From positions 96,317 through 160,316 of the forward strand of contig JBIICY010000004.1 of the NCBI GenBank assembly GCA_044238605.1: DNA of 64,000 bases. Reading direction: 5' to 3'. Position 1 is the first letter of the stretch. Each line of letters opens with the position of its first letter. The notes under the pieces were generated by a model, which had not been told where the DNA came from, did not search any database, and saw nothing but the letters and a program-made list of their open reading frames with translations. The DNA comes from Patescibacteria group bacterium. Lineage in GTDB: Bacteria; Bacteroidota; Ignavibacteria; Kapaibacteriales; Kapaibacteriaceae. Position numbers and translations under genes: made by a program. Shown here one piece after another: positions 37,866 through 48,137 of this stretch.

Positions 37866-38379
37866 AATCGCACCTCCAAAACTTCGATCAGTTCAGGACT
37901 ATGTTGCCACGTTCGGTGGGGTTGGACTGCTCCCGATCATGCCGGGCTCATACTGTAGCCTGCTTGTAGCCCTTCCTGCAGCGTACGGATCGCTCATCGC
38001 GTTGTGGCCAACAGAAACCATGCAGATGTATTACGGTGTGGCGTTTCTGGTGTTCACGATCATCGGTGCGTGGTCGTGCACGCACGTGCAGAAGAATTGG
38101 GGACACGACCCAAGCGTTGTGGTAATCGATGAAGCCGCTGGCATGAGTCTCACGCTTATGTTTCCGATGGCCTACAACGGGCTGGCACTCTGGGCAACAG
38201 CAGTGCTGTTATTCCGAATCTTTGACGTTATGAAGCCCTGGCCAATGAACATCATCAATGACCGTACGGAAGCATGGGCTGTGATGGGAGATGACCTTGT
38301 AGCAGGCCTTGTGGCCGGGTTCTCAACGCAACTTGTTGGTGCTGCACTCTTGGCACTGGGCATCGGACTTGCAATGTAA
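37852..38379 (+). CDS. pgpA: Phosphatidylglycerophosphatase A
   Basis: PgpA-like pattern (GGVGLLPIMPGSY..., VVIDEAAGM, FRIFDVMKPWP). The GTG start overlaps the pgsA end. Confidence 0.8.
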   Translation: MAAHKIAPPKLRSVQDYVATFGGVGLLPIMPGSYCSLLVALPAAYGSLIALWPTETMQMYYGVAFLVFTIIGAWSCTHVQKNWGHDPSVVVIDEAAGMSLTLMFPMAYNGLALWATAVLLFRIFDVMKPWPMNIINDRTEAWAVMGDDLVAGLVAGFSTQLVGAALLALGIGLAM

Positions 38380-38553
38380 TCATGCCGTAATGCATCGTTT
38401 CTGGCCCCATTTTACGGGCATCTCAGAGGATAAAGCCCCTGAAAGCCCCATGAAATAGGTCGATGTGGAGAATTCATACTTGAAACGCCCTGTAAACAGA
38501 GCATATTTTGCGATTACAACTGGTTTTATCCAATCGTTTACATGGGGGTTCCT

Positions 38554-38904
38554 ATGAACAAAGCAGAGCTTGTAGAAGCTATTGCTAATGCTGCCGGACT
38601 CAGCAAGTCACAAGCAGACACAGCGCTCAACGCAACAATCGGCGCAATCAAGGCCGAGTTGGGCAAGGGTGGCAGCGTTTCTCTTATTGGTTTCGGATCA
38701 TTCAGCGTTGGCAAGCGCGGTGCACGCACAGGTCGCAACCCAGCAACGGGTGCTACGATCAAGATCGCAGCTCGCAAGGTTGCTAAGTTCTCAGCAGGTG
38801 CAGACCTTAAGGCCACTGTGAACGGCGATAAGAAGTCTGCTGCCAAGAAGGCAGCTCCGAAGAAGGCAGCTCCAAAGAAAGTTGCAGCCAAGAAGAAGAA
38901 GTAA
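38554..38904 (+). CDS. hup: HU-family nucleoid protein with a Lys/Ala/Pro-rich histone-H1-like C-terminal tail
   Basis: Canonical HU fold sequence MNKAELVEAIA...GFGSFSV..RGARTGRNPATG..I.I.A..V.KF.AG, followed by KKSAAKKAAPKKAAPKKVAAKKKK. An alternative ATG lies at 38542. Confidence 0.88.
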   Translation: MNKAELVEAIANAAGLSKSQADTALNATIGAIKAELGKGGSVSLIGFGSFSVGKRGARTGRNPATGATIKIAARKVAKFSAGADLKATVNGDKKSAAKKAAPKKAAPKKVAAKKKK

Positions 38905-38917
38905 TTGAGATTTTCAG

Positions 38918-38944
38918 AGCCCGCCAATTGGCGGGCTTTTTTTT
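38918..38944 (+). terminator. Rho-independent terminator after the HU gene
   Basis: AGCCCGCC-AATT-GGCGGGCT followed by T8. Confidence 0.85.
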
Positions 38945-38948
38945 GCCC

Positions 38949-38956
38949 TATTTTTG
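38949..38956 (+). promoter_or_regulatory. -7 box TATTTTTG only 6 nt upstream of the first pyrB ATG
   Basis: Exact TAnnTTTG match. The ATGs at 38963 and 38969 imply a leaderless or near-leaderless mRNA. Confidence 0.35.
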
Positions 38957-38962
38957 CAGTCG

Positions 38963-39877
38963 ATGTCGATGCGCCACCTTCTGTCGAGTCAGCAATTATC
39001 CGTCGAGAGTATCACTGAGATCCTCGATACGGCTTCGGCATTCCTAACACCGAGCGGGCTTGTACCGGTCCTGCCACGGACGCTTGAGAACAAGCGCTTT
39101 GTTCTCGCGTTCTTCGAACCTTCTACCCGCACAAGATTGTCCTTCGAAGCAGCTGTCCAACGCCTCGGAGGCTCTGCTGTTGTGTTCTCCCAATTAGGCA
39201 GCAGTGTTGAAAAAGGCGAGACGCTGCAGGAGACCATCACTACGATTGAATCCATGGGATTCGATGGGATAGTTATTCGACATGCCGGAAATGGTACGCA
39301 TGCAGCGATAGCCTCGTATTCAAGGATGTCCGTGATCAATGCCGGAGAAGGGTCCATAGCACATCCCACGCAAGCGCTGCTTGATGCATCAACGATTCGT
39401 GAGCGTTTTGGCAGCATCAACGGCGTCAAGGTTGCAATCGTCGGAGATCTGGGACATTCGAGAGTTGCACGGTCAACGTCGGACATCCTTGTGCGCATGG
39501 GTGCAGAAGTTGCCACATGTGCTCCTGAAACCCTTCGTCCAACCGACGCCGACCTTTCTCGCCTCCAACGTTTTGACACCATTGATGAAGCACTCACCTG
39601 GGCAGACGTGATCTTTCTGCTGCGAATCCAGCGTGAACGCATCACCGATGATATCGTTCCGAGTGTCGACGTCTACCGTGAACGCTATGCGATGACCACC
39701 AGTAGAGCTGCACAGTTCCCCAACGTCGTTATCATGCACCCAGGCCCAGTCAATGTAGGTGTAGAACTCGACGAAGAGCTGCTGTCGGTTCCTCAGAGCC
39801 TTATACACAGACAGGTTACACACGGCGTTGCAACACGCATGGCCGTGCTTCAGATGATTTTTTCGAACAACGGTTAA
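38963..39877 (+). CDS. pyrB: Aspartate carbamoyltransferase catalytic subunit
   Basis: Contains FFEPSTRTRLSFE, HPTQALLD and HPGP. The start is ATG 38963 or 38969. The track start 38954 (TTG) lies inside the -7 box. Confidence 0.9.
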   Translation: MSMRHLLSSQQLSVESITEILDTASAFLTPSGLVPVLPRTLENKRFVLAFFEPSTRTRLSFEAAVQRLGGSAVVFSQLGSSVEKGETLQETITTIESMGFDGIVIRHAGNGTHAAIASYSRMSVINAGEGSIAHPTQALLDASTIRERFGSINGVKVAIVGDLGHSRVARSTSDILVRMGAEVATCAPETLRPTDADLSRLQRFDTIDEALTWADVIFLLRIQRERITDDIVPSVDVYRERYAMTTSRAAQFPNVVIMHPGPVNVGVELDEELLSVPQSLIHRQVTHGVATRMAVLQMIFSNNG

Positions 39878-39892
39878 CACTGCCACAGAACA

Positions 39893-42800
39893 ATGCCAAA
39901 ACGTACAGACATCAAAACAATTCTCGTCATTGGTTCCGGTCCGATCGTCATCGGGCAGGCCTGCGAATTCGACTACTCAGGAACGCAGGCATGCAAGGTG
40001 CTCCGAGAGGAAGGATTCAGAGTTGTACTGATCAATTCGAATCCGGCAACCATCATGACGGATCCCAATATTGCTGATGCCACGTATGTAGAGCCGATCA
40101 CCCCGTATTACATCGAAGAGGTGATCAAGAAAGAAAAGCCTGATGCAATCCTTCCAACCATGGGCGGACAAGTGGCTCTCAACGCTGCTGTTGCGCTTCA
40201 TGAAGAGGGCATTCTTGAGAAGTACGGTATTGAGCTCATTGGTTCAAAGATCGAATCGATACACAAGGCCGAAGACCGCGAGTTGTTTCTGAATGCCATG
40301 AATAAGATTGGCATGGATATGGCGCGTGGCGGTTTTGTGCATGCCTTTGAAGAGGGCATGGCCATGATCGACGAGATCGGCTTTCCTGCGATCATTCGTC
40401 CATCGTTCACGCTCGGCGGAACAGGCGGCGGCATTGCCTACAACATGGAAGAATATCGCGAGCTTCTGCGGAACGGTCTGGTGGCAAGCCCCATTAGCAG
40501 AGTACTTGTCGAAGAGAGCATCATCGGCTGGAAGGAGTATGAGCTCGAGGTGATGCGGGATACCAAGGACAACGTGGTGATCATCTGTTCGATCGAAAAT
40601 GTTGACCCAATGGGCGTTCATACCGGTGACTCGATCACCGTTGCTCCAGCACAGACGCTCACAGACCGCGAATACCAGCGCATGCGCGATGCTTCGCTGA
40701 AGATCATCCGCGAGATCGGAGTTGAAACAGGGGGCTCGAATATCCAGTTTGCCGTTAACCCTGCAAACGGACGCATGGTCGTGATCGAGATGAATCCTCG
40801 CGTGTCACGCAGCTCGGCCCTTGCATCAAAGGCAACCGGATTCCCGATTGCTAAGATTGCCGCCAAACTTGCAATTGGCTATACGCTTGATGAGATCATC
40901 AACGATATCACGAAGAAAACACCTGCATGCTTTGAGCCTTCGATCGATTATGTGGTTGTAAAGGTTCCGAGATGGGACTTTGAGAAGTTCCACGAGTCAG
41001 ACAACACGCTGGGTATCCAGATGAAGTCTGTAGGCGAAGCCATGGCCTTTGGCCGCACCTTCAAGGAAGCATTACAGAAGTGCATGCGGTCTCTCGAACA
41101 GAAACGCTACGGTTTTGGTTTTGATCAACTGCGCTATCTCGAAGACACTCCGCACGATGGGGAAACGCAAGCCCCATTGCATGTACGACTCGGACAGCGC
41201 ACGTCTCGTTCGATGGATGATCTATGCGATGCTCTGCGTGCAGGAATGACCATTGATGAGATCCATGCGATATCGAAGTACGATCCGTGGTTCATCGTGC
41301 AGTGTAAGCAGATTGTTGATGAAGCTATGAGCTTGATCGATGATGTGCGCTCCCATGCGGAATCGCTCTCTCGCATTTCACGCGTTAGAATGCACAAGCT
41401 TAAGCGGTATGGTTTCAGTGATGTACAGCTTGCTTTGCTCTTTGGTGCATCCGAAGAGGATGTTCGTCAGCGCAGGCGTGAGCTCGGCGTGCTTCCAGTC
41501 TTCAAGACCGTTGACACCTGTGCAGCAGAGTTTGAATCGGAAACACCATATCACTACTCATGCTACGATACGGAAAACGAGGCGCGGCCGAGCACGAACA
41601 AGAAAGTCATCATCCTTGGTAGCGGTCCTAACCGCATCGGACAGGGTATCGAGTTTGATTACTGCTGTGTACAGGGAGTGTTTGCTCTGCGCGAGATGGG
41701 GTACGAAGCAATCATGATTAACTGTAATCCGGAGACAGTGTCAACGGATTATGACACAACAAGCAGACTGTACTTTGAACCGCTAACGTTCGAAGACGTG
41801 ATGAATGTTATCGACCTCGAAAAGCCTGATGGCGTAGTGATCACCTTTGGCGGACAGACCCCGCTGAAGCTTGCGCAGCGTCTAGCAAAGGCCGGTGTGC
41901 CATTGATTGGTACTTCTCCCGAAGGCATTGATCTTGCTGAAGACAGACAGCGCTTCGGAGATCTGCTCTCAAAGCTCAGTATCCCATGTCCACCATGGGG
42001 CACAAGCACCGACGAAGAACACGCAGTTGAAATCGCTGAACGGGTTGGGTATCCAGTTCTCGTGCGTCCATCATATGTGCTTGGCGGACGTGCCATGCAG
42101 ATCTGCTATCGCGAAGATGCTCTTCGTGCATATATGCGTAAAGCCATAGCCGAAGATCCGTCGCGTCCGGTATTGATAGACCACTTCCTCGAAAACGCAA
42201 CAGAGTTCGATGTTGATGCCATCAGCGACGGCACAACCACTGTTATCGGTGGGATGATGCAGCACATCGAAGAAGCCGGTATTCACTCCGGCGATTCCTC
42301 TTGTGTTCTTCCGCCATATAGCATCGGACAGGACGTGCTAGATGTGATGAAAGAACATGCAGTAAAGATTGCGAAGGAGCTCAAGGTTATCGGACTCCTC
42401 AACATGCAGTTTGCTGTGCAGAACGGCAACGTCTATCTGCTTGAGGTAAACCCCCGTGCTTCCCGAACAGTACCGTTCGTTTCAAAGGCCACGGGCGTAA
42501 AGCTTGCACAGATCGCTACACGCGTGATGGTAGGGCATGAGCTTGCATCGTTGAACATGCCCGAGTTCGATCCAAAGATGACGCGTACGGCGATCAAGGA
42601 ATCTGTGTTCCCATTTGCAAAATTCCCGCATGCCAGTGTGTTTCTGGGTCCGGAAATGAGGTCTACGGGCGAAGTAATGGGCATGGATTCGTCCTTTGGT
42701 GTGGCACTTGTAAAAGCTCACATCTCTGCTGGACAAACACTTCTGAATGAAGGCAGCGTGTTTGTCTCGCTCAGCTCACACGATAAAAATCAACGTGCCA

Positions 42801-43159
42801 TCGAAATGGTACGGGGCTATGCAGACCTCGGATTTAAGATCCTTGCCACAAGCGGAACGGCAGACTTCTGCGAGCAGCACGGCGTCACAGCCACAAAGGT
42901 CTTGAAGCACTATGAAGGTAGACCAAGCATCATTGATCAGATTGCCAACGGCGACGTGGCAATTGTGATCAACACGCCGCTCGGAGAGAATGCCCGCTAC
43001 GACGAGGCCGTGATGGGCAGAACGGCGATGAAGTATAAAGTACCGTTCTTTACAACCCTTGCCGCGGCTGAGGCCTCACTGCATGGTGTAAAGGCACTTC
43101 GTGAGCAAGTCTTCACGTCTACGTCACTGCAGGATTACTATGTCTCGGACGCGTCCTGA
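39893..43159 (+). CDS. carB: Carbamoyl-phosphate synthase large subunit
   Basis: Duplicated ATP-grasp halves, N-terminus [33 protein letters not shown], and an MGS-like C-terminal domain. 1088 aa. Confidence 0.95.
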   Translation: MPKRTDIKTILVIGSGPIVIGQACEFDYSGTQACKVLREEGFRVVLINSNPATIMTDPNIADATYVEPITPYYIEEVIKKEKPDAILPTMGGQVALNAAVALHEEGILEKYGIELIGSKIESIHKAEDRELFLNAMNKIGMDMARGGFVHAFEEGMAMIDEIGFPAIIRPSFTLGGTGGGIAYNMEEYRELLRNGLVASPISRVLVEESIIGWKEYELEVMRDTKDNVVIICSIENVDPMGVHTGDSITVAPAQTLTDREYQRMRDASLKIIREIGVETGGSNIQFAVNPANGRMVVIEMNPRVSRSSALASKATGFPIAKIAAKLAIGYTLDEIINDITKKTPACFEPSIDYVVVKVPRWDFEKFHESDNTLGIQMKSVGEAMAFGRTFKEALQKCMRSLEQKRYGFGFDQLRYLEDTPHDGETQAPLHVRLGQRTSRSMDDLCDALRAGMTIDEIHAISKYDPWFIVQCKQIVDEAMSLIDDVRSHAESLSRISRVRMHKLKRYGFSDVQLALLFGASEEDVRQRRRELGVLPVFKTVDTCAAEFESETPYHYSCYDTENEARPSTNKKVIILGSGPNRIGQGIEFDYCCVQGVFALREMGYEAIMINCNPETVSTDYDTTSRLYFEPLTFEDVMNVIDLEKPDGVVITFGGQTPLKLAQRLAKAGVPLIGTSPEGIDLAEDRQRFGDLLSKLSIPCPPWGTSTDEEHAVEIAERVGYPVLVRPSYVLGGRAMQICYREDALRAYMRKAIAEDPSRPVLIDHFLENATEFDVDAISDGTTTVIGGMMQHIEEAGIHSGDSSCVLPPYSIGQDVLDVMKEHAVKIAKELKVIGLLNMQFAVQNGNVYLLEVNPRASRTVPFVSKATGVKLAQIATRVMVGHELASLNMPEFDPKMTRTAIKESVFPFAKFPHASVFLGPEMRSTGEVMGMDSSFGVALVKAHISAGQTLLNEGSVFVSLSSHDKNQRAIEMVRGYADLGFKILATSGTADFCEQHGVTATKVLKHYEGRPSIIDQIANGDVAIVINTPLGENARYDEAVMGRTAMKYKVPFFTTLAAAEASLHGVKALREQVFTSTSLQDYYVSDAS

Positions 43160-44021
43160 ACTGCCACAGGTCTGGACCGTTCGTGATATCATCCAGTGGG
43201 GCAAGGAATTTTTCACGAACAGAGAAATCGACGAGGCCCGGCGCACCATCGAGATGATGGTCTGTGCCGTGCTGAATGTAAAGCGCATCGATCTCTACAC
43301 AGATCACGACCGCCCCCTCTCGAAGGATGAACTTGCTCTGCTGCGTTCGATGGTTCAGCGCAGAATCGCACGTGAACCGCTGCAGTACATCACCGGCAAG
43401 GCAGATTTTTACGGAAGCACGTACATCGTAACGCCCTCAGTGCTGATTCCAAGGCCTGAAACAGAACTCATATCAGACAGAGTTGCCCGGTACTGCAACG
43501 CACGGGGAGATCAGGAGCTTCGGTGTCTGGACATAGGAACCGGCTCTGGCTGCGTGCCGATCTCGATCATCAAGCACACACGGAACACTGCGTGGACTGC
43601 TGTAGACATCTCGTCTGAAGCGCTCGACGTTGCCAGACAGAACGCTGAGGCACTTGATGCATCTGGAAGAATAACCTTTGCGCAATGTGATTTCCTTGCC
43701 GAAGTACCGCCTGGTGGACCGTGGGACATCGTGACGATGAACCCTCCATATATCGGGCAGCAAGACATGCAGGAGCTCGAGCCCGAAGTGGGTGCCCATG
43801 AGCCGCATCAAGCCTTGACAGACGATGCCGACGGGCTCACGTTTTATCGAAGGGCTGCCGAAATCTTCAATCAACTTGTCAGCCCTGCCGGCTACATGTT
43901 CCTCGAAATAGGGTATGGACAGCACCTCGATGTGGAAAACATTATGCACTCGCATGGACTTGTAACCACAACAATCCCCGATCTGGCAGGCATTCCAAGG
44001 CTGATAGTCGTAGAGCGATAA
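43140..44021 (+). CDS. prmC: Release-factor glutamine N5-methyltransferase PrmC (HemK)
   Basis: SAM-binding motif (LDIGTGSG) and NPPY motif (MNPPYIG). ATG 43140 overlaps the carB end by 20 nt. Confidence 0.85.
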   Translation: MSRTRPELPQVWTVRDIIQWGKEFFTNREIDEARRTIEMMVCAVLNVKRIDLYTDHDRPLSKDELALLRSMVQRRIAREPLQYITGKADFYGSTYIVTPSVLIPRPETELISDRVARYCNARGDQELRCLDIGTGSGCVPISIIKHTRNTAWTAVDISSEALDVARQNAEALDASGRITFAQCDFLAEVPPGGPWDIVTMNPPYIGQQDMQELEPEVGAHEPHQALTDDADGLTFYRRAAEIFNQLVSPAGYMFLEIGYGQHLDVENIMHSHGLVTTTIPDLAGIPRLIVVER

Positions 44022-44140
44022 ACGTAACGATATCGTAATGAAGCACACCAAATCACCTCTGGGATGCGTCATTTTTCGTAGATTCGACGACTTTAAACAA
44101 CGGAACTAACAACATTATCTATCTCAGCAAGGGTTGAAGT

Positions 44141-44920
44141 ATGAAGAACTTGACGAACGTGATCTTCATCGGTGGATGTACGATTGCAGCATATCTCCTG
44201 TACTACATGGTTCTGGGGAATCCTGGCAACTTTAATGACGTCGAAAAGCTCGACCCAAAGAACGCACTCGGCACGATCTATACTGGGGGCTTCCTTGTAG
44301 GTCTTCTTATCGCCTGTATCCTGATCGCCATCACCTTTACGATCGAGCGTATGCTTACGATCGGTAAGGCAGGGGGCAGGGGCGACATGAAGTCGTTCGG
44401 TCACACAGTTGTTGAGAATGTTCAAAAGGGCAATTACAGCGCAGCAATCGCAGCTTGCGATGAACAGCGTGGATCGCTTGCCAACGTGCTTCGCGCAGCA
44501 GTTTCGCGTTACCAGTCGATCGAAAAGGATGCCGCACTTACTGGTGACCAGAAGATCGCCGAAACACAGCGTGTGATCGACGAGAACATGAACCTTGAGA
44601 CACCGCTTCTTGAAAAGAACCTTCCAATCCTGTCAACAGTTGCTTCGGTTGCAACGATGATTGGTCTTCTTGGAACAACTCTTGGTATGATCCGCTCGTT
44701 CCAAGCACTCGGTGCTTCGGGAACGGTTTCTGCACAGGCTCTCTCGATCGGTATCTCAGAAGCTCTCTATAACACCGCCGGCGGTCTTATCGCAGCTATC
44801 CTGTCGATCATTGCCTATAACTACTTCACATCGAAGGTGGACGACTTTACGTACCGCATGGACGAGGCATTGCTCGACCTCATGCAGTCACTCGCTGTTA
44901 AGACTGGCACAAAAGCCTAA
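44141..44920 (+). CDS. exbB: MotA/TolQ/ExbB proton-channel family protein
   Basis: Three TM helices with the conserved C-terminal block (GLLGTTLGMIRSF..., ISEALYNTAGGL). Confidence 0.85.
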   Translation: MKNLTNVIFIGGCTIAAYLLYYMVLGNPGNFNDVEKLDPKNALGTIYTGGFLVGLLIACILIAITFTIERMLTIGKAGGRGDMKSFGHTVVENVQKGNYSAAIAACDEQRGSLANVLRAAVSRYQSIEKDAALTGDQKIAETQRVIDENMNLETPLLEKNLPILSTVASVATMIGLLGTTLGMIRSFQALGASGTVSAQALSIGISEALYNTAGGLIAAILSIIAYNYFTSKVDDFTYRMDEALLDLMQSLAVKTGTKA

Positions 44921-44950
44921 CGTAGCTCCACTCCGGTTAAGGAAGATCAC

Positions 44951-45469
44951 ATGTCGAAAATCAAGAAGAAGCGCCTTGGTTTTGTGCTGGACATGACGCC
45001 GCTGGTGGACATTACGTTCCTCCTGCTGACGTTCTTCATGTTCACTGCGAAGTTCAAGAGCGATTCAGAAAATCAACAAAAGGTCGAGATCAAGCGTCCA
45101 CGTACCACCGTTGACACTGCGAAGCTTGCTGACAAGGACCTCGTCATCATCAAAGTTGGTGTAGACTCGGTCCTCAAGGACACAGCATACTACGTTTCCA
45201 TGATCAACGAACAGGATGTAGTGAACCTACGTCGTGCAATGACGTCGTTGAAGTTTCCAGGCATGGACGATAAGACAGTTTCGTTCAAGGTCATGGATAC
45301 CGTGTGGCTTGCTCAGATCATCGAACAGGCACGGCTTGTCAATCCCCGTGCATCGTTTGCCATCGACGCTGATAAGCGTCTGAGGTATCAGTGGATTGAA
45401 ACTGCGATCAACGAGATGAGGAAGAAGAAGGCCACAACCTTCAACTTCGTCACCGAAAAGAAAATGTAA
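44951..45469 (+). CDS. exbD: ExbD/TolR biopolymer transport protein (paralog 1)
   Basis: LDMTPLVDITFLLLTFFM N-terminal TM block. Confidence 0.85.
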   Translation: MSKIKKKRLGFVLDMTPLVDITFLLLTFFMFTAKFKSDSENQQKVEIKRPRTTVDTAKLADKDLVIIKVGVDSVLKDTAYYVSMINEQDVVNLRRAMTSLKFPGMDDKTVSFKVMDTVWLAQIIEQARLVNPRASFAIDADKRLRYQWIETAINEMRKKKATTFNFVTEKKM

Positions 45470-45484
45470 ACAACGAGGTAACTC

Positions 45485-46039
45485 ATGGCAGGCGGTGGTG
45501 GTGATTTAGGCGGAGGGAAATCCGAACGGCGGGGGAAGAAAGGCAAGCGCAAGGCCAAAAAGCGTCTTGGTTTTCGTCTCGACATGACGCCGCTCGTGGA
45601 TATTACCTTCCTCCTGCTGACATTCTTCATGCTGACCACATCGATGATCACTCCACAAACAATGGAGATGAACGTTCCACCAGAGATCGATGAGCCAGTA
45701 GAAGTAAAAGAGTCAGAACTCCTTACGGTCCGTATTCGTGAGGACGGCGTGATCTTTGCCAACATGGCCAAGGATACACCCGAAAAGTATACGCTGAAGA
45801 CGCTGCAGAAGTACGTAACAGATCAAAACGTTACGCTCAAGAACAGATGTATCGTTGTGCTGAAGGCTTCACCAAGTGCCGAATACGGTCTTGTGGTTCA
45901 AGTGCTCGATGTGCTGAATGCGTCCGAACCTGATATCCTGCAGGGACTCAAGTCCGCTGGTATCAATGAGCGTAAGCGCAAGTTCACAGTTTCTCCTTTC
46001 GACAAGACCGAAGACGAAGAAAGGATCAAGGGACTATGA
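45485..46039 (+). CDS. exbD: ExbD/TolR biopolymer transport protein (paralog 2)
   Basis: It has the same LDMTPLVDITFLLLTFFM block, preceded by a Gly/Lys-rich N-terminal extension. Confidence 0.85.
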   Translation: MAGGGGDLGGGKSERRGKKGKRKAKKRLGFRLDMTPLVDITFLLLTFFMLTTSMITPQTMEMNVPPEIDEPVEVKESELLTVRIREDGVIFANMAKDTPEKYTLKTLQKYVTDQNVTLKNRCIVVLKASPSAEYGLVVQVLDVLNASEPDILQGLKSAGINERKRKFTVSPFDKTEDEERIKGL

Positions 46040-46833
46040 CAACGGCAGCAGTAAATGAGGTTCTCGACAGCACCAAGTATGGTGCTGCTGAGATCAAGGA
46101 GCTGATCCAGCGCAATACGAAAAAGGCATTCGTACGTACGATGCTGATGCTATTGCTTATAGCTCTGTATACGTTCGTTGGCCCTATCATCTCGGAGTGG
46201 TTGTTTCCATCTCCAAAGGTGGTGAAGGTAAAGCTTTCGCGTCTTTCACTCGAAGCCTTGCCTCCGCCGCAGTCACAGACAGAGGAAGCACCTCCTCCGC
46301 CACCACCGTCAAACTTGCCTCCGGCCCCAGCCGCGCGTGCAGGCACGCCGGTAGCTGTTCCGGATGCCGAGATCACTGCAGACATGCAGGATTTTGCGAA
46401 TGTGGACCAGATCAACCGCTCTTCCTCGCAAGGCGGTAGTGGTGAAGATTCAGGTGTTCTAAGCTTTGACCCAGGTGCGGGTGGTCCTCCGCGTGAGGAA
46501 GAAGAAGAGATTATGGATGCCTTCGAATTCGAAGACGGCTTCCTGCCGGTTACAGACGAAGGCGATCTCGTGAAGAAACTCCGTGATCTGTATACCACAA
46601 CACAGTCATTCCGCATGGGCTTTGAAGGCACCGTGCTTGTGAGCTTTGTTGTTGGTAAGGATGGACGCATCTCTGAAGTGAAAGTCGATCCTGAAGGGTC
46701 CAGCGGATACCGCGACCTCGACGAAGCTGCCATCAAGGCAATTCGTGGCGCGGTGTACACTCCGGCAAAGAACGCAAACGGACAGCCAACGGCATGCCGT
46801 CTGCAGCGTCCGGTAACATTCCGCCAACGCTAA
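46036..46833 (+). CDS. tonB: TonB-family energy transducer
   Basis: ATGA overlap with exbD. It has an N-terminal TM helix, a Pro-rich spacer (PPPQSQTEEAPPPPPPSNLPPAP), and a C-terminal TonB domain (GFEGTVLVSFVVGKDGRISEVKV...YTPAKNANGQP). Confidence 0.85.
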   Translation: MTTAAVNEVLDSTKYGAAEIKELIQRNTKKAFVRTMLMLLLIALYTFVGPIISEWLFPSPKVVKVKLSRLSLEALPPPQSQTEEAPPPPPPSNLPPAPAARAGTPVAVPDAEITADMQDFANVDQINRSSSQGGSGEDSGVLSFDPGAGGPPREEEEEIMDAFEFEDGFLPVTDEGDLVKKLRDLYTTTQSFRMGFEGTVLVSFVVGKDGRISEVKVDPEGSSGYRDLDEAAIKAIRGAVYTPAKNANGQPTACRLQRPVTFRQR

Positions 46834-46845
46834 CACGTACCAGCA

Positions 46846-46877
46846 AGCCCCGTGTCAACTTCGGCACGGGGCTTTTT
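46846..46877 (+). terminator. Rho-independent terminator after tonB
   Basis: AGCCCCGTG-(10 nt)-CACGGGGCT followed by TTTTT. Confidence 0.75.
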
Positions 46878-46915
46878 CTATTTTAAGCATATCTCATCAC
46901 CGTTGGTGCCGCCCC

Positions 46916-47104
46916 ATGTATGCTGTGAACATTATTGCCCGAAGTCTTGTTGCCATAGTTGGTCTGCTCATCGCTTTGGGGGAGATATCCGTAGGCACTC
47001 TTGGCTCGCCGTTTCAAGAAACCTTCGGCATAGTCGTCTTTTTGTTTGGTGCGCTACGCGTTGCCCAGTTTATCACAAGGAGCCGAAATGCAGACCCGGA
47101 GTAG
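46916..47104 (+). CDS. Possible small membrane protein (62 aa)
   Basis: It has two hydrophobic segments and overlaps the next gene's start by 17 nt. There is no family recognition, so it could be spurious. Confidence 0.3.
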   Translation: MYAVNIIARSLVAIVGLLIALGEISVGTLGSPFQETFGIVVFLFGALRVAQFITRSRNADPE

Positions 47105-48035
47105 TAGGGGATGGACCATCGCAGCAGGGCTGGTGATGATCACCGTTATCATCGGCTGCACAAGCGAGCCGCAGCAGGGTCAGCCTGGATACGAATCTGC
47201 CCTTCAAGGCGCTATCACGGTATTGATCGACCCCGAAGTGCGCACGCTGATCGATTCACTTCAGCCGTTGTACGTTCGGGAACATCCCAAGGCGGAGATC
47301 ACCTTTCGGGAAGCTGTTGCTGACGAGGCAATGAATGCAATGCTCAATCGAACAGAGCGCATTGCTATCGTTGCGCGGTCCTATACACCGGTGGAAAACG
47401 ACCTCCGATCAGAGGCCGGTGCAGACTCGCTGCCACGTGCACTTCTGGCAATGGATGCTCTGGTAGTTGTTGTTCCTCGCACATTCCCGTACGATACAAT
47501 GAATGCCGAGCACATTCGCGGCTGGCTTCGGGGCGATGCCACAGTGCTGGCTAGTTACCCAAAACTTGCAAAGAACCCGCAGTTTGTTGTTCCCGGAGGG
47601 GCCGATGCCTCGGTGTACGGGAACATCGTCAACGTAGTCCTAAATGGATCACAACCTGCTAAGGGTACGGTGGCATCTGTATCCACACGTGACTCAGTAA
47701 AAGACGTTATCAACTCGAAGGTTGGAGCATACATCGGCTTTGGACTGCTGTCGCAATACGTTCGCGACTCAAGTGTGAAGATGCTTCGTCTAAGCTATAC
47801 CGATTCAACGGGCGCTCATGTTTGGCCCAAACCCGTCCACTCGTCATACCTGATGATGCGGCAGTACCCGTTTCCGGTGCCGATTTACGTCTACCTTAAA
47901 CGAGCGCCAAGTCAGCGTGATCTTGCCAGCGGCTATATGCAGTTTGTTACGCGCAGCGCCAAGGTGCAGCGGAAGCTCTTTGACTGGGGAATTGAGCCTG
48001 GCTATGCCAAGATTACCCTGTACAAAGAGGATTAA
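47088..48035 (+). CDS. PstS-like / PBP-like-2 periplasmic substrate-binding lipoprotein (orphan, with no adjacent permease or ATPase)
   Basis: Lipobox (VIIGCTS) and a type-2 periplasmic-binding-protein pattern (ITVLIDP..., AIVARS..., AMDALVVVVP). ATG 47088 is preferred. Confidence 0.55.
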   Translation: MQTRSSRGWTIAAGLVMITVIIGCTSEPQQGQPGYESALQGAITVLIDPEVRTLIDSLQPLYVREHPKAEITFREAVADEAMNAMLNRTERIAIVARSYTPVENDLRSEAGADSLPRALLAMDALVVVVPRTFPYDTMNAEHIRGWLRGDATVLASYPKLAKNPQFVVPGGADASVYGNIVNVVLNGSQPAKGTVASVSTRDSVKDVINSKVGAYIGFGLLSQYVRDSSVKMLRLSYTDSTGAHVWPKPVHSSYLMMRQYPFPVPIYVYLKRAPSQRDLASGYMQFVTRSAKVQRKLFDWGIEPGYAKITLYKED

Positions 48036-48056
48036 ACGGGGCTGATATGCCCGTTT
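48034..48056 (+). terminator. Terminator-like hairpin after the PstS-like gene
   Basis: AAACGGG-(9 nt)-CCCGTTT overlapping the stop codon. The T-run is short. Confidence 0.4.
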
Positions 48057-48096
48057 GGTAACACGCTAGCAGTCGATTATCTCGAGATAATTTGGG

Positions 48097-48104
48097 TATT
48101 TTTG
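48097..48104 (+). promoter_or_regulatory. -7 box TATTTTTG upstream of the TPR gene
   Basis: Exact TAnnTTTG match 33 nt upstream of ATG 48138. Confidence 0.4.
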
Positions 48105-48137
48105 CGCCCCGTTCACTTTTACCCGTACAGAACCACC

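Noticed and set aside
38380-38541. I considered a small RNA or riboswitch in the 160-bp spacer upstream of the HU gene, and likewise in 23932-24154 and 44022-44140.
   Set aside because: I could not recognise any conserved riboswitch, SRP, 6S or tmRNA signature by eye. The spacers are most simply promoter and 5'-UTR regions. A covariance-model scan (Infernal/Rfam) would be needed to exclude ncRNAs.
46026-46760. A 244-aa ORF lies on the - strand opposite tonB, and a similar one at 38538..38927 lies opposite the HU gene.
   Set aside because: Both are low-complexity Pro/Ser/Gly- or Ala-rich translations produced as the mirror of Pro-rich and Lys/Ala-rich coding sequence. The sense-strand genes have clear family signatures.
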